Positions 29,916 to 44,269 of a stretch of DNA of 64,000 nt are shown one piece after another. The DNA comes from Pristiophorus japonicus. Taxonomy: Eukaryota. Below the pieces are notes generated by a model. That model was not told the origin of the DNA. It saw only the letters and a list, made by a program, of their open reading frames with translations, and made no database searches. The stretch covers positions 93,248,001 to 93,312,000 of the forward strand of contig NC_091985.1 of assembly GCF_044704955.1 (NCBI RefSeq), in the 5' to 3' direction. How positions within the stretch are numbered: position 1 is the first letter of the stretch; the number at the start of each line of letters is the position of its first letter. The translations under genes and the position numbers were made by a program.

Positions 29916-30490
29916 CCTCCCTCTTTCTCCCTCCCTCTTTCTCCCCCCCCCCCCCTCCTCCCCCCTCCCTCTGGTGCTGGGGACGGACCCTGCCTGAAAT
30001 CTCGGGCCCGGCCCATTCAGCCTTCGGTCCCGACGGCAAACCGCTTCCTAAAGGCCTGCCTGAAGAACTTTCACACAGGTAGGAACATGGTTTATTTAAT
30101 CTTTTCTTTGCTTATAAATGTTTATTCAGGTTGGATTTATTTGTATAAGTATAACTAAGGATTTATTGTAGAATTTAATGACTTCCCTTTCCCCCCTCCC
30201 CCCCCTTGTTCCCTACACCTAATTTGTAACCTGCACCTGATTTTTTTAATGTGTAGAACAGGTTTTTCAGTTCTACAAAAATCTTCACTTGCTCCATTCT
30301 AACTTAGTTTGGAGTACGTTTTCACTGTGGAAACTTTGAAATCAGGCGTCAGTGGCCGGACACGCCCCCCTTTTGAAGAAAAAAATTCTGTTCCAAAGTA
30401 GAACTGTTCTACCTGACTAGAACTGCAGAAAAAAAAATGAGGAGAATTGCGGTTTCTAATCAGGCGCAAATCATGTGGAAACTTGGGCCC
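29820..30490. mobile_element. One-ended MITE-like repeat with CT microsatellite and C-tracts
   Basis: Right terminus GTGGAAACTTGGGCCC resembles the end of 14201-14937; (CT)n at about 29880-29910; left terminus not seen. Confidence 0.45.
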
Positions 30491-31652
30491 AATGTGTGGG
30501 TAACTAAAATCTCTACAAAAATAATTTTCTTATTCCTACTCATTTCCTAGATTGGCCTACAGATTTCCCTCCCACAATTAGGTCTATAGCATGAACACAC
30601 TAATATAATAATTCCTGATTTAGGTTTAACTTCCAAATATATTGCCTCTTTTGGTGTACACCAGTCCTATCTATAGCATGCATTCCCTCCTTCACTAATC
30701 CTGCCATCTTCCTTTCCTCCCTATTCTATCCCCCCTTAAAATATTGTAATTGGTTATGCTTCTTTCTACTCCTGTCTAATTTGTGATCAAGTTTCTGCTA
30801 GTGCTATTAAATCTTTATCTCTGTGACCCAATTGCCCACATTCTGAGCACTGCAACACATGTATTTCATTTCTTTGTTCGTAATTAATGCTACTCCTTTT
30901 TCTTTGACATTTGTTGATTTTGTTTTCCTCCTGTACTCTCCTTACACGTTCTGCACGCAGTCCTCTTTGCTTAAAAAAAATTATATACTTACCTCATCTA
31001 TTTCCACCATCTCTACTTTCTATGATTGCTTTAAATTTTCCCACACCTCATTTAAATAACTCTTCACTTGCATATTTATCCATTTGGGCAGTTTATTAGC
31101 TCCCTTCCTGTTTAGATGTAGTGCATTTTGCAGAGTAGCTCCCATCTTACCCAGATCTGGTGCAAATTCCCCATGAAATGGAAACCCTCTTTCTGATATC
31201 ATCCCATTACCCATGTGTTAAGCTCCCTAATCTTCCTATGGTTCCCTATTCTAAAATGAGACTGAGTGATCCAGAGATTATCTTCCTTTAAACCCTGCTC
31301 AAAAATCTGCTTCCTAATCTCCTAACCTTGCTTTGCAGGACATCAAGCCTTTTCTTTTCCTATATTATTGGCACCCATGAAGGCTGGCTACTCTTCCTTC
31401 CCCCACCCAATGTCTTCCAGCCTTTCCAAAATGTCACTTACTCTAGCATCTGGGAGGCAACAAGCATCTGGGACATTCTGGACTGCAAAAAGATGGCATC
31501 TACACTTCTATCTACTTCTTGATTTACCAGCAGATAGTATGAACAATGTCTTTACCAACATTCATCCCTCAGTGAGTCATCAAAAAGAGATTAATTGGTC
31601 ACTGATCCCAAAACTGAACCTTGCAGGATCCCACTGTTCATATCCCTCCACA

Positions 31653-32112
31653 TCAACTTGTATTAATATAGCACCTTTAACGTACTAAAGCATCCCAAAG
31701 CACTTCACAGGAGTGTTATAAGACAAAACAAATACATTTGATACCAAGCCACATAAGAAATTATGGCAGATGACCAAAAGCTTGGTCAAAGGGGTAAGTT
31801 TTATGGAGCATCTTAAAGGAGGGGAGAGAGAGAGAGAGAGAGATGGAGAGGTTTAGGGAGGGAGTTCCAGACCTTAGGGCCCAAGCAGCTGAAGGCATGG
31901 CCACCAATGGTTGAAGAGTTATAATCAGGGATGCTCAGGACGACGGAATTTGAGGAGCGCAAACATCTCGGGGGTGGGGGGGGGGGGGGGGTTTGAGGCT
32001 GAATGAGATTAGAGATAGTGAGGGGCAAGGCCATTGAGGGATTTGTAAACAATGATGAGAATTTTGAAATAGAGGCTTAATGGGAGCCAATGTAGATCAG
32101 CGAGCACAGGGG
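31653..32112 (-). mobile_element. L2 LINE 3' end
   Basis: GGHAFSCLGPKVWNSLPK C-terminus; tail ending GGTGCTATATTAATACAAGTT on minus. Confidence 0.8.
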
Positions 32113-33617
32113 TATTTTGAAAAACATACATTTAACCACCACTGTTCCCTAATCAACTTCCTAGCCATGCTGCTGCAATCCTTTTAATACCACGTGTATA
32201 TTTCATCCAGAAGCATCCTACACACATATCAAACTTTGTTTAAAAGTCCTTATACACATATATGTAAGGAGTTTCCCTCATCAATAAAGTCTCATTTTTT
32301 TCATGAATTCAACTGAATGTCAAACACAACTTGCCTTTTACAAATCCGTGCTGTCAGTCCTTATTCACCAGTAATTTTATCCTGCACTGTGGCCGCTAGC
32401 TTACCCAACACTGTTAGTCAGACAACAGCAACCCTGCAATCTTCTGGTAAAACTTCCATATCCAAGGAGATTGGAAAGATTATGGTCAGAGCCTCTGCTA
32501 TTTGATCTCTGGCTTCTGCCAGCATTTAAGGATGCATGCCATGAAGGCATGGTGGCTTTTCCCAAGGGGTAATGTTCCCTCTAAACTGCGCAGCAAAGGG
32601 AAAGATCCCATGCAGGCCGCTCACTGGCTTCAACATTCTAAATATGTGGAAATTTTAAAGGGACCGCACACTAAAAGAAACAGGCCGTGCAGAATAAAGC
32701 ACAGTTTACAGGGAACATTGCCAAGGAGTTACATTAATTTTTCAGTACTACTTCCATATCCAGTTATCAAATTGCCCACCTCCTCCTTTTATACCTTTCA
32801 TTTATACACACGGAAAACTGCGGCTATGTGCTTATTTCACATCACCACCATTCCTTCACCCTCCATGATTTATTTATCATTTCTAAATGGCCCTATCCTC
32901 ATTTTACTTTTAGATGATTACAAAATCAGTTACTATTTATTTTGCATTATTAGCCCTAGGTCTCTCAAATGCCTCGCAGTCAAATCTGTATCCTAATCAT
33001 CTCCTGTTGGCATGATTCATTAGCCAATTTTTCTGGGCTACTCCCCTTATCTTGTTGAAATTGGCTTTTTTCCTAGTCCAGTAGTTATCTTAAACTGTAC
33101 CTTCTTTTTAATTTTTATATCAGACATAATTATGTTGTGGTCATTCCCCAGATGTTCCAGTTACATTATTTACTTGCCCCACTTAAATGATCTAGAACTA
33201 GATTCGGCACTGCTTCTTTCCTTATTGGACTAAAGACAACTACTACAAATACATAGAAAAACACTTCAAAAGATGTGAGGAAAATAGACAGAGCCACAAG
33301 AGATTAGGGGTTCACCAAAAGATTGATAAGAAATAAGTTTAAAGGAGTCTTAAAGGAGAAGTGTGGTGGAAGAATTTAGGGAAGGAATTCCAGGAGTGTG
33401 ACCTAGGCAGCTGAAGCAAGGGGGTAATGCACAAGAGGTGAGTGGAAAAACTGAGGGGTCAGAAAATTGGGATGATTTAGAGCTGGAAAAGGTTACAAAG
33501 ATAGGGTGGGGCAAGGCCATGGCCGGATTGAAAAACAAGGACAATAATTAAATTTACAGCATTGGGGGACCAGGAGCAGATGTCGGCCAACAAGGATGGT
33601 GGTGGGGCGGGTGGCAC

Positions 33618-36279
33618 CCAGTGAATACAGGCCCAGTCGATCCAGTCTCTCCTCATAGGTCAGCCCTGCCATCCCGGGAATCAGTCTGGTGAACCTTCGC
33701 TGCACTCCCTCAATAGCAAGAACGTCCTTTCTCAGATTAGGAGACCAAAACGGAACAAAATATTCCAGGTGAGGCCTCACCAAGGCCCTGTACAGCTGCA
33801 GCAAGACCTCCCTGCTCCTATACTCAAATCCCCTAGCTATGAGGGCCAACATGCTATTTGCCACCTTCACTGCCTGCTGCACCTGCATGCCAACCTTCAA
33901 TGACTGATGTATCATGACAGCCAGGTCTCGTTGCACCTCCCCTTTTCCTAATCTGCTGCCATTCAGATAATATTCTGCCTTCGTGTTTTTGCCACCAAAA
34001 TGGATAACCTCACATTTATCCACATTATTACTGCATCTGCCATGCATTTGCCCACTCACCCAACCTGTACAAGTCACCTTGCAGCCTCTTAGCATCCTCC
34101 TCACAGCTCACGCCGCCACCCAGCTTAGTGCCATCTGCAAACTTGGAGCTATTACTCTCAATTCCTTCATCTAAATCATTGATATATATTGTAAATAGCG
34201 GTGGTCCCAGCACCGAGCCCTGCAGCGCCCCAGTAGTCACTGCCTGCCATTCTGAAAAGGACCAGTTTATCCCGACTCTCTGCTTCCTGTCTGCCAACCA
34301 GTTCTCTATCCAAGTCAACAACATTACCCCCAATACCATGTGCTTTAATTTTGCACACCAATCTCGTGTGGGACCTTGTCAAAAGCCTTTTGAAAGTCCA
34401 AATACACCACATCCACTGGTTCTCCCTTGTCCACTCTACTAGTTACATCCTCAAAAAATTCTGAGAGATTTGTTAAGCATGATTTCCCTTTCATAAATCC
34501 ATGCTGACTTGGACCAATCCTGTCACTGTTTTCCAAATGCGCTGCTATTTCATCTTTAATAATTGATTCCAACATTTTCCCCACTACTGATGTCAGGCTA
34601 ACCGGTCTATAATTCCGTTTTCTCTCCCTCCTTTTTTAAAAAGTGGTGTTACATTAGCTACCCTCCAGTCCATAAGAACTGATCCAGAGTCGATAGACTG
34701 TTGGAAAATGATCACCAATGTATCCACTATTTCTAGGGCCACTTCCTTAAGTACTCTGGGATGCAGACTGTCAGGCCCCGGGGATTTATCGGCCTACAGT
34801 CCCATCAATTTCCCTCACACAATTTCCCGCTTTATAAAGATATCCTTCAGTTCCTCCTTCTCACTAGACCCTCGGTCCCCTAGTATTTCCGGAAAGTTAT
34901 TTGTGTCTTCCTTTGTGAAGACAGAACCAAAGTATTTGTTCAATTGGTCTACCATTTCTTTGTTCCCAATTATAAATTCACCTGATTCTGACTGCAAGGG
35001 ACCTACGTTTGTCTTCACGAATCTTTTTCTATTCACATATCTATAGAAGCTTTTGCAGTCAGTTTTTATGTTCCTAGCAAGCTTCCTCTCATACTCTTAT
35101 TTTTCCCCTCCTAATTAATCCCTTTGTCCTCCTCTGCAGAATTCTAAATTTCTCCCAGTCCTCAGGTTTGCTGCTTTTTCTGGCAAATTTATATGCCTCT
35201 TCCTCGGATTTAACACTATCCCTAATTTCCCTTGTTAACCCACGGTTGAGCCACCTTCCCCATTTTATTTTTATTCTAAACAGGGATGGTACAATTGTTG
35301 AAGTTCAACCATGTGATATTTAAATGTTTGCCATTGCGCATCCACCGTCAACCCTTTAAGTATCATTTGCCAGTCTATTTTAGCCAATTCACGTCTCATA
35401 CCATCAAAGTTAACTTTCCTTACGTTCAGGACCCTAGTCTCTGAATTAACTGTTTCACTCTCCATCTTAATAAAGAATTCTACCATATTATGGTCATTCT
35501 TCCCCAAGGGGCTCCGCACAAGATTGCTAATTAGTCCTTTCTCGTTACACATCACCCAGTCTAGGATGGCTAGCCCTCTAGTTGGTTCCTCAACATATTG
35601 GTTTAGAAAACCATCTCTAATACACTCCAGGAAATCCTCCTCCACTGTACTGCTACCAGTTTGGTTAGTCCAATCTATATGTAGATTATAGTCACCCACG
35701 ATAACTGATGTACCTTTATTGCATGCATCTCTAATTTCTTGTTTGATGCTGTCCCCAACCTCACTACTACAGTTTGGTGGTCCGTACACAACTCCCACTA
35801 GTGTTTTCTGCCCTTTGGTATTCCGCAGCTCTACCCATAGATTCCACATCATCCAAGCTAATGGTCCTTCCTTATTATTGTGTTAATTTCTTCTCTAACC
35901 AGCAGTGCTATCCCACCTCCTTTTCCTTTCTGTCTATCCTTCCTGAATGTTGAGTTCCCAGCCTTGGTCACCCTGGAGCCATGTCTCCATAATCCCAATT
36001 ATATCATATTCGTCCACCTTATTACGAATACTCCTCACATTGAGGCACAGAGCCTTCATGCTTGTCATTTTAAACACATTTTGTCCCTTTACACTTTTGC
36101 TGTAATGTGGCCCTTTTTGATTTTTGCCTTGGGTTTCTCTGCCCTCCACTTTTACTTTTCTTCTTTCTATCTTTTGCTTCTGCCCCCATTTTACTTCCCT
36201 CTGTCTCCCTGCATAGGTTCCCATCCCCCTGTCATATTAGTTCAACCCCTCCCCAACAGCACTAGCAAAAACTCCCCCT
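33618..36279 (-). mobile_element. CR1 family A: ORF1 end, APE and RT; 3' tail missing
   Basis: ORFs 35934..36224, 35271..35852, 34345..34584, 34028..34339, 33493..34104; stops at LGLYSL. Confidence 0.93.
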
Positions 36280-36642
36280 TGGAGGTGGTGCCCAAGGTAT
36301 TCAGCAGTGTTGGGGCAGAGACGAGTAGTGTTAGAAGTGGAATTAGCTGGTTACTGTGATGGAGGATGAGGTGAGAAACTCAGCTCGGAAGCTGAACACG
36401 ATACTGAGGTTGTGAATAGTTTGGTGCAATCCAATACAGTGGCGACAGAACAGCGTTTGTGGCAAAGACTTTGCCTTCGGGTATTCATAATTCTTTGAGG
36501 GGTACGCAAGGCTTACCCAAAACTAGATGTCAAACAAGCAGTCTGACAGCACAGAGGCAGTGGACAGGGTTGAGAGGGGTGGCGGAGAAGTGCAGCTGGG
36601 TGTGATTTGCATACACATTGAAGCCGACACCATTTCTGTAGA

Positions 36643-36863
36643 TAAAAACAGAAAATGCTGGAAATACTCAGCAGGTTAAACAGCATCTGTAGCGAGGAAC
36701 AGATTTTACGTTTCAGATCGATAGCCTTCCGTCAGATCTGACAAAAGGTCATCGACCTGAAACGTTAAATCTGCTCTCTCCACAGATGCTGTCTGACCTG
36801 AGTATTTTCAGCATTTTGTTTTTATTTCAGATTTCCAGTATCTACAGTATTTTGCTTTTGGGT
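36643..36863. mobile_element. Palindromic non-autonomous Penelope pLTR element
   Basis: Two inverted copies of the pLTR end seen at 19946 and 21577; TSD-like CCATTTCTGTAGA / CCATGTCTGTAGA. Confidence 0.75.
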
Positions 36864-37649
36864 CCATGTCTGTAGACGACGTCACTAAAGGGCAGCATGT
36901 AGATGAGGAAGACAAGTGAGACAAGGCTCAAACTTGGCAGACTAAAGACAACTGTGTGGAGGTAGGAAGAGACACAACTGTTAGAGATACTTTTTCTATG
37001 ATTGGATGGTTAAGCAGCATACAAGGGTAATTCCATAGAACTGGACAGCGGAGAAGCTGTACAATACACTATGGTCACGGTCAGAATTACCAACTGGACA
37101 GGATATATTACGACAAGTATTATATATTTCCAGAAGTACAAATTGCTACCCCATATATATGTACAGCTATTAAATCTACTAGATAGGTGATAGGGCTGTT
37201 AAATAATTTACAAAAGTAAATTATTGCCTACTTTTACTTCTAAAGAAAAATGTAAATTTAATGGACTTTATAATTGATAATACTCCATAGAAGAACAAAT
37301 TCTTGCACTTGAAGAAAACAAGATTTGAGGTTAATGGGAGCATGATTGATTCAACTCAACTTGAATATATTCTGTACTGTTTTTTTTTAAATTTAGAAGG
37401 ATGAATGCAACAGGCACACTGATGTATGGAGGCACAATGTCCACCTTGCTTTATAGTGTCTGCTCTACTTCATTGTGAAAGGAACCAGCAGTCTGATAGC
37501 AAAACTAGACTATTTAACTCATTGAGGTGACAGGTTAGTATTCAAGCACTGTATGTTTAAATATGCACAGTGAATGTACTAATTGAGGATATCTAACATA
37601 CTATTAAATGTATTATTTAATGCAACGAGTTAGGATCTAAAATGCACGT

Positions 37650-39266
37650 TAGATCAATAGTAACTTTCAAAAAGAGAAACATTTGTAGGGCTACGGGGAA
37701 ACAGGAGAGTGGGACTAATTGGATGGCTCTTTCAAAGACCCGCCAGACGAGATGGGCCAAATGGACCCCTTTTGTGTTGTATGGTTCTAGGATTTGTGGT
37801 TCTTTGAATGATGTGGATGCGTTGGTTGTAATCTACCAAAATTCCCTGAATTGTGGAGAGGTTCCAGCGGACTGGAAACCGCATATGTAACGCCTCTATT
37901 TAAGAAATGAGGGAGACAGAACGCAGGAAACTATAGACTAGTTAGCCTGACATCTGTCGTTGGGAAAATGCTGGAGTCCATCATTAAGGAAATAATAACA
38001 GAACATTTAGAGTATCATCATGCAGTCAAGCATGGTTTCATGAAAGGGAAATTATGTTTGACAAATCTGCTGGAGTTTTAAGGACATAATGAGCAGGGTA
38101 GATAAAGGAGAACCAGTGGGTGTGGTATATTTTGATTTCCAGAAAGCATTCGATAAAGTGCCACACAAAAGGTTACTGTATGATAAGAGTTCACGGGGTT
38201 GGGGGTAATATATTAGCGCATAGAGGATTGGCTAACTAACAGAGTCAGGATAAATGAGTCATTTTCAAGTTGGCAAACTGTAAGTAGTGGGGTGCCACAA
38301 GGATCAGTGCTGGGGCCTCAACTATTTACAATTTATATTAAATGGCTTGGGTGAAGAGACCGAGTGCAACGTAACCAAATTTGATGATACAAAGATAAGT
38401 GGGAAAGCAAGTTGTGAGAATGACGCAAATAATCTACAAAGGGATATAGATAGGCTCAATGAGTAGGCAAAAAAATTGGCAGATGGACTATAATGCAGGA
38501 AAATGTGAGATTATCCACTTTGGTAGGAAAAAGCAAATATGGCGAGTGATTACAAAATACTATAGTGCAGAGGGTTGTTGTGCATGAAATGCAAAAAGTT
38601 AGTATGGAGGTATAGCAAGTAATCAGGAAGGCAAATGGAATGTTGGCCTTTATTGCAAAGGGGAGAGAGTATAAAAGTATGGCAAGTCCTGCTCCAACTG
38701 TACAGGGCATTGGTAAGATCACACCTGGAGTACAGTGTACAGTTTTGGTCTCCTTATTTAAGGAAGGATATACGCATTGGAGGCAGTTCAGAGAAGGTTC
38801 ATGAGGTTGATTCCTGAGATGAAGGGGTCGTCATATGAAGAAAGGTTGAGCAGGTTGGACCTATACTCATTGGAGTTTAGAAGAATGAGAGGTGATCTTA
38901 TTGAAACATATAAGATTCTGAGGGGGCTTGACAGGATAGATGCAGAGAGGATGTTTCCCCTCATGGGGGAATCTAGAACTAGGAGGCATAGTTTCAGAAT
39001 AAGAGGTCGCCCATTTAAAACAGAAATGAGAAGGAATTTCTTCTGAGGGTCATGAATCTTTGGAATTCTCTACCCGAGAGAGCTGTGGAGGCTGGGTCTT
39101 TGAATATATTGAAGGTGGAGAGAGACAGATTTTTGAATAAGGGAGTCAAGGGTTATGGGAAACTGGCAGGGAAGTGGAGTTGAGGCCAGGATCAGATCAA
39201 CCATGATCTTATTGAATGATGGAGCAGGTTCGAGGGGCCAAATGTCCTACTCCTGCTCCTATTTCA
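37650..39266 (+). mobile_element. Older CR1 3' remnant (37650-37805) followed by a decayed CR1 RT and 3' end (37810-39266)
   Basis: RT motifs and CR1 3' UTR ending CCTATTTCATG. Confidence 0.9.
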
Positions 39267-39399
39267 TGTCAATCTTAAGACCGTTGCAATTAAACCCTTC
39301 ACCCAAGGCTATTTCTTCTATCAAATGACAAGTTTTTCCAAAATTGCTCATATGGTGTGTCTTCCCTTGAAAATATCTCTCTAGGATTGGAATGTCACA

Positions 39400-39722
39400 T
39401 ACACTCTGACCGCAGTCAAAAGGTGGTAGGTTAAAGTGCCACGCCATGATTTCAACACAAAATTTAGGTTGTTCAGGTAGGCATAAAAGATCCTATGATA
39501 AGGAGTTCCCTGCTATCCCGACCAAGATTCATCTCTTAACCAATTGCGCAAAACAAACTAACTGGCCATTCATCTCACAGTTTATGGAACCTTGCTGTAC
39601 AAAAACTGGCAAAAGCAGTGGCTAAACTTAATACTTCCAAAAAATTTAATTAATTGGCTGTGGAGCACTTTGGGACATCCAGAGAATGTGAAAGCTATTA
39701 TAAATGCATGTCTTTCTTTCAT
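39400..39722 (+). mobile_element. Degenerate Deu-type SINE
   Basis: AAAAGATCCTATG core remnant; tail GCACTTTGGGACATCC...CTATTATAAATGCATGTCTTTCTTT. Confidence 0.5.
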
Positions 39723-41899
39723 CCTCAGGATAAAGCAAATAAATGTGTCATCACTAGGCTTATTTGCTAATTCGCAATAGCAAAACTTGCATTTAAGCCA
39801 ATATGCTTCAATGCTGTGCAAATATACTTCTGCTATGCTCTTAAGCTCATCATTTCAAATTGCTCCCATCTCTACCTCACGAGTGACCAATCCAATTAGA
39901 AGTAATCCATAAGCAAGTAGTGTTTTAAGAGCTTCTCCCTATTTACCTCCATGAATTTTTGTAAGAAATTCAATGCCCTGGAAGACTCTGATTTGGGTGC
40001 ACTTGTACCACTAAAAATGGAGCAGCGGGCTTCATAAATTCAGGATGGCATTGGAATAGGATTTCCAAGATGCAACACTGGGCAAGGAAAGATGTTCCAT
40101 TGTCTACTTCCAAGTTGCCTTCACCAGCAATTTACAAGCATTAAAAATAACAGTTAACTCTAGTCAATTTTCATTGTGTTTCATTTAAGTATACCAAAAA
40201 ACAGTTATACCACAGCCATGTGTAAGCAACACAAGTAAAATACTTAAAAAAAAAAAAAAAAATCCAATCTAAGATATGTACCTTCAGCCACACAAGGACT
40301 TTATCAGGAGGAGAAAAAATATAATTCAAGACAACTATTCATAATTGCAGATTGCAAATTTCAAAGCTAAAACCATGTACACAATTAGGCAAATAAAGTT
40401 ATTATATACTGGCTGAAGAGATAAACAATGGAAGATGGCAAACTAGTCATTTTCACTGATCTACAGCCTCTAAGGAAGCTTCTAAAGAATGGCCATTGCG
40501 AATTAACTCTTAAAATGATTCATTTTATGCTATTTATCTATCAATTTCGCTTTCATGCTTATTTAAATATGGAGTGCTAATGACACAAGGATGGGAGAAA
40601 CCAGGTTGCATACTAAGTTGGACTGAGGCATTGAAAAAATATAGCTCGAGCCCAAAAGAACAAGGAGCTGAACGAATAGCTAAGTGAAATATCCTTGGTT
40701 AATGTCTTTGTCTTGACTGATAATTCAGCTCAACAACTCTTCCAATCAGGTTCTTCAATGTGGTTATCTTTCACTAATGTATAAAAACAGAAATAATGCA
40801 GATGTTGCGATGGATCATGAAGGATAATTTTAAGTACTGTTTTAAGGGGGTGATCTAAAACAGAATGCCACGCACTAAATATTGCCAAACACAAAATGTT
40901 AACTTTTAATGGCAATATTATACAATCTAAGTAATTAATAATATGCACAGCTTCTCTACATACAGGTTGTATAATCTAAAAGTTAGAGGGTTTACTTTGA
41001 GGCCAATTATTGTAATTTTTCTTCCAAACTAATCCATTTTACGATTCAAAAACACAGACATGTATGTAGCTTTAATCCTAAAAAGTTTCTTCCAGGAAAT
41101 AAAACCGTCTTTACTCAAGGTATTCTGTCCCATTTGTAATTGTACATTGTAACTTCAGAATGCTAGAACAGCAACTGTACAAACATTAATACCTCAAAAA
41201 TATGGCAGCCCACAGCACAAGAGACAGACTATGGAAGTTAACCAACAGTTCTCTAATGATTTATAGGTTACAAGGAAAATCCATTTTAAAACCGAGTTAA
41301 GAACAGAGAAGGAATAAAGGAGACTTAAAAACAAGCGTTCCTCTAGACGGACACGGCAAGATGCATTTCCAAGAATTACAGTATTGATATTCCACAACAA
41401 TGTTTGAAAACCACATTACTGTTAAATCACAATCTAATACCAAAAATAGTTACCATTTTATTTAAATCTATAATTCAATAATAGCTAACAAAAAAAAATG
41501 TTTGAACTAATTTGCTTTCCTTACTTTAACAGTGATTTAGTCAATTCTCAGTTGTTGGTGAATGTTCCTTATAGTGATGTCAACAGGTTTAGTAATGGTG
41601 TGGGGAGTGGGTGGGGAAAGAAGCAAATCATCACACTCAAGTACCATTTAAAATGCGTAATTTGGTTCTTGTCGGATACTCATTAATCACTTCAAACTGT
41701 TAACCACCACCACTTCTTCAACCTTCAAAGAACAGTGAATATTGCTATCATGGAAACTAAAATAGGCTCTCCCTGTACATCCAAAGCAGCTCCACTGCGA
41801 GCCGCAAGGTTGTGACTTCTGACTGGCCTTACGGCTGCTCCAGAACTGGTCCTAGGAAATTAATAAAGGTTGGAAAGGTTTACATTCCCAGCTGACAAC

Positions 41900-42460
41900 A
41901 TAATTTCCCAGGTTCAAGTGGTCCCTGCAGTCCTTGAACCAGTGTAGATCAGCGAGGAGGATACAAGCAACCACATTTTGGACAAGTTGCAGTTTGTGCA
42001 GAATGGGAAGGCATTGATTTAAGAGTCTAGAAGTGACAAATATATGAATAAGGGTTTCAGTGGCAATGGGGATGAGGTAGAGGTGGAGGCAGGCAATGGT
42101 GTGCAGGTTGGCAACGATGGTCTCTGATGAGTAGGAAGTGAGGTTTGACATTAAACTATGGATTGAACAGGACACCAAGGTTTCACATGGTCTGCTTCAG
42201 CCGGTTTACAGTGGAATGGATCTACAATACTCCATATACACAAACCAACACCTCAAATGTATCTCTCCATCACCTCGATCCTGCTACAATCTATCACCAG
42301 GCAATCTATCTGTCTGACATCAAGTCATAAATAGGTCACAATTCTCTCCAACCAATCAGGAAAAACAAAGCCATTGTTTAAGCCCCCAACATAGACTCTG
42401 CTCTCTTGCCATTGATTCTACTCTACTCCATGGTCATGCGCTCAAGCTGAAACATAGTTT
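41900..42460. mobile_element. Old L2 fragments in opposite orientations
   Basis: Minus ETLIHIFVTSRL and LHKLQLVQNVVA; plus LSDIKS-type fragment near 42310. Confidence 0.55.
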
Positions 42461-42979
42461 CATGGGTGGAGGCAGACAGTTAGTTATGTTCATCGTAGAC
42501 TCAATTATTCCACTGCCCTTCTTGCTGTCCTCGCATCCTCGGTCAACTGCAACTTGTCCAAAATGTAGCTCCCTATATCCAGTCTGCACTAAGTTCTGCT
42601 TGCTCATCCTCATTAAGCTACACTGGTGGTTTTCTGCTTTGCACCAACACAAAGTACAGAATCAGGGCCCCAAACAGTATCAGCACCAAAATGGAGCAAG
42701 ACGCCCTAGGAAGAGGGAATGTCACCACTTCCATTTGACACTACACCGAGTGTAAATCCAATCAAGCTGGGTTTAAAAGTGGTTGGAGGTTCCTTGGACC
42801 ATCTGGACACTTTTAAACCTACCTGCAGTCAACTGAAAAGTTTAGATAGGCCAGACACTGGCATGAGCATTAAACAAGCACTTAAATTTTAATTGTAGGG
42901 AGGTTTGTAATTGCGGATACAAGTAAATTTGCTCCTGGGAAGGAAAATTCAAGTTTCATCCAGGCAATGTCAATAACGT

Positions 42980-43115
42980 AAAATAAAAAAGGAAAAACAG
43001 CAAATGTTGAAAATCTGAAATAAAAACAAAAAAAATGCAGAAAATTCACACATCAGTCAGCATCTGTAAAGAGAAAGGAAAGTTTTAACGTTTCAGTTAT
43101 GTACCCTTCATCAGT
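42980..43115 (-). mobile_element. Solo Penelope pLTR fragment
   Basis: Matches the pLTR at 19946-20075; contains CTGATGA...GAAACGTT on minus. Confidence 0.65.
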
Positions 43116-43501
43116 GTAAACAGCCTGCCTGAAATCCAAACTGCAGCTACTGGTCTCACCCCAGCAGGGTGCAATGTGAAATGCACCTTAAGTTGGACCG
43201 CTGGTACAAAAGTCTCCATTCTCTGAAGACAGTAAAGGTTTTACATTTGGACAGAATCAATTCTCCATATGTAGGTGCGCAGCGCAAAAAAAAAAACAAA
43301 TTTAACAGAACACTAGCAACCAGCAATGTTGCTCAGAAAAGGCTATGATCAGAGTTGGTAGAGGAAACTGTTGCAAGCTGATTTCAGCTGGAGTTAAGGC
43401 ATTAGTCAATGAGCATAAAAATACCAAAAGTATAAAACAAAAAACACTTCCTATTATACTGTATGGTAATTTATTACTTTCACAGTGTCGATTTTTCTTT
43501 A

Positions 43502-44269
<768 letters not shown>

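Larger units (their letters stand above)
33250..37050 (-). mobile_element. Old L2 LINE interrupted by a CR1 (33618-36279) and a Penelope mini-element (36643-36863)
   Basis: L2 3' region at 33250-33617 continues at 36281-36642 and 36864-37050; similar to 16.1-17.3 kb and 31.7-32.1 kb. Confidence 0.65.

Noticed and set aside
29745-30158. Proline-rich and ER-rich ORFs
   Set aside because: Translations of (CT)n and C-tracts within a repeat.
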